Shown here: in pieces, positions 63,294-64,000 of the stretch | Layout: each line of letters opens with the position of its first letter | Position numbering within the stretch: position 1 is the first letter of the stretch | Assembly (NCBI GenBank): GCA_963815115.1 | Contig: CAWFFN010000012.1 | Span: 832,001-896,000, forward strand | Length of the DNA: 64,000 bases | Origin: an uncultured delta proteobacterium | Lineage (GTDB): Bacteria > Desulfobacterota > Binatia > DP-6 | Direction: 5' to 3' | Translations under genes and position numbers: made by a program | Notes under the pieces: model-generated | Database searches by the model: none | Told to the model about the DNA's origin: nothing | Seen by the model: only the letters and a program-made list of their open reading frames with translations

Positions 63294-64000
63294 TCAGCCG
63301 TTCTGCGTGACGCCGAGGTCGGCGGGCATTTGCGGGCTCCCTTCCCCTCGAGCGAGCGGGACGCCACTCCGGACCAGGAGGTCGCGCAGGGCGATGATCA
63401 CGGGGTTGACCTCCTGATTCCAGTCGGCCCGCTGCAGGTCGTACGCCCGCTGCTCGATCTCGACCGCGGTGCGATCCTCGGCGAACACGGACTCGGCGAA
63501 CCGCCGGATGAGGGGCCAGACGACATGGATGAGCCCCGGGATCGGAGGCTTCTCGATCATCAGCATCCCCACGCTGATGTGGCTGCGCTGCTCGCGGTCG
63601 TAGGGCACGTAGGCGGCCCATAGATTGAACGCGGGGTCATCCGATCCGCCGCGTCGGATGCTGAGGGTCTGATACGGGTACTGGGTCCGGATCGTCATCA
63701 GGTCGCCGGCGCTCGCGGCCCCGGACGGCCGCGCTCTCGTCCGGCGTCCGGCCATCAGGAAGCGGGCACCGCGGTTTGCCTTGCCGGCGGTCCTCTGGAA
63801 CCGGTATCGGGCCTCCACCCAACCGTCGCCCGTCCGATGATCGAGCAGCGTCGGCTTGATCGTCCCCATGATGCCCCGGTGGAAGAACTGATGGTTCATG
63901 TCCATCAGGTTCTCGTGCATGAACGAGTAGTGGCAGTCGACCTTGCGCCAGAAGTGCATCGTACGGGTGTTCCGGGAATGGAAGAACGGCAATCGGGGGA
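63294..64000 (-). CDS. Rieske non-haem iron oxygenase, C-terminal catalytic domain (5'-partial)
   Basis: ENLMDMNHQFFH mononuclear-Fe motif and FAEDR..VE; frame open to the window edge. Confidence 0.85.
   Translation of the reverse strand, partial: PRLPFFHSRNTRTMHFWRKVDCHYSFMHENLMDMNHQFFHRGIMGTIKPTLLDHRTGDGWVEARYRFQRTAGKANRGARFLMAGRRTRARPSGAASAGDLMTIRTQYPYQTLSIRRGGSDDPAFNLWAAYVPYDREQRSHISVGMLMIEKPPIPGLIHVVWPLIRRFAESVFAEDRTAVEIEQRAYDLQRADWNQEVNPVIIALRDLLVRSGVPLARGEGSPQMPADLGVTQNG

Noticed and set aside
61799-63367. N-terminal 523-aa extension of the propeller/di-haem ORF
   Set aside because: Overlaps nnrS in another frame; RBS and signal peptide indicate the start at 61798.

Overview
High-GC (roughly 70%) bacterial chromosomal window, densely coding, with about 48 supportable genes. 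I found no rRNA, complete tRNA, CRISPR array, integrase or transposase. Gene style (Thr-rich stalks, Cys-rich linkers, basic terminal domains, an actinobacterial-type lipid module) is reminiscent of Candidatus Binatia / deltaproteobacterial lineages; this is inference only. Left part: molybdopterin oxidoreductase-SDR-HCCA isomerase operon, enoyl-CoA hydratase, a ~2,460-aa secreted transglutaminase-like/Ig/LVIVD protein whose signal peptide is frameshifted in a C6 run, two hydrolases, a TetR/acyl-ACP desaturase pair with a triple palindromic operator, and boxC-boxB-benzoate-CoA ligase without boxA. Middle (about 22-56 kb): an envelope/pH-homeostasis-like region with an OmpA-domain protein, di-haem cytochrome c, a decayed vapBC, twin Cys-containing secreted proteins beside a duplicated palindrome, a DUF4185 protein, an RND pump, HdeD, lipoproteins, a MarC remnant, a six-gene Mrp antiporter, MFS, ABC and arcD-arcA without arcBC. 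Right end: membrane MutS-domain-V ATPase, a beta-propeller/di-haem protein, NnrS and a partial Rieske oxygenase. All product calls come from motif recognition by eye; no database search was run. Several start codons were moved from the supplied ORF track using RBS and overlap evidence.
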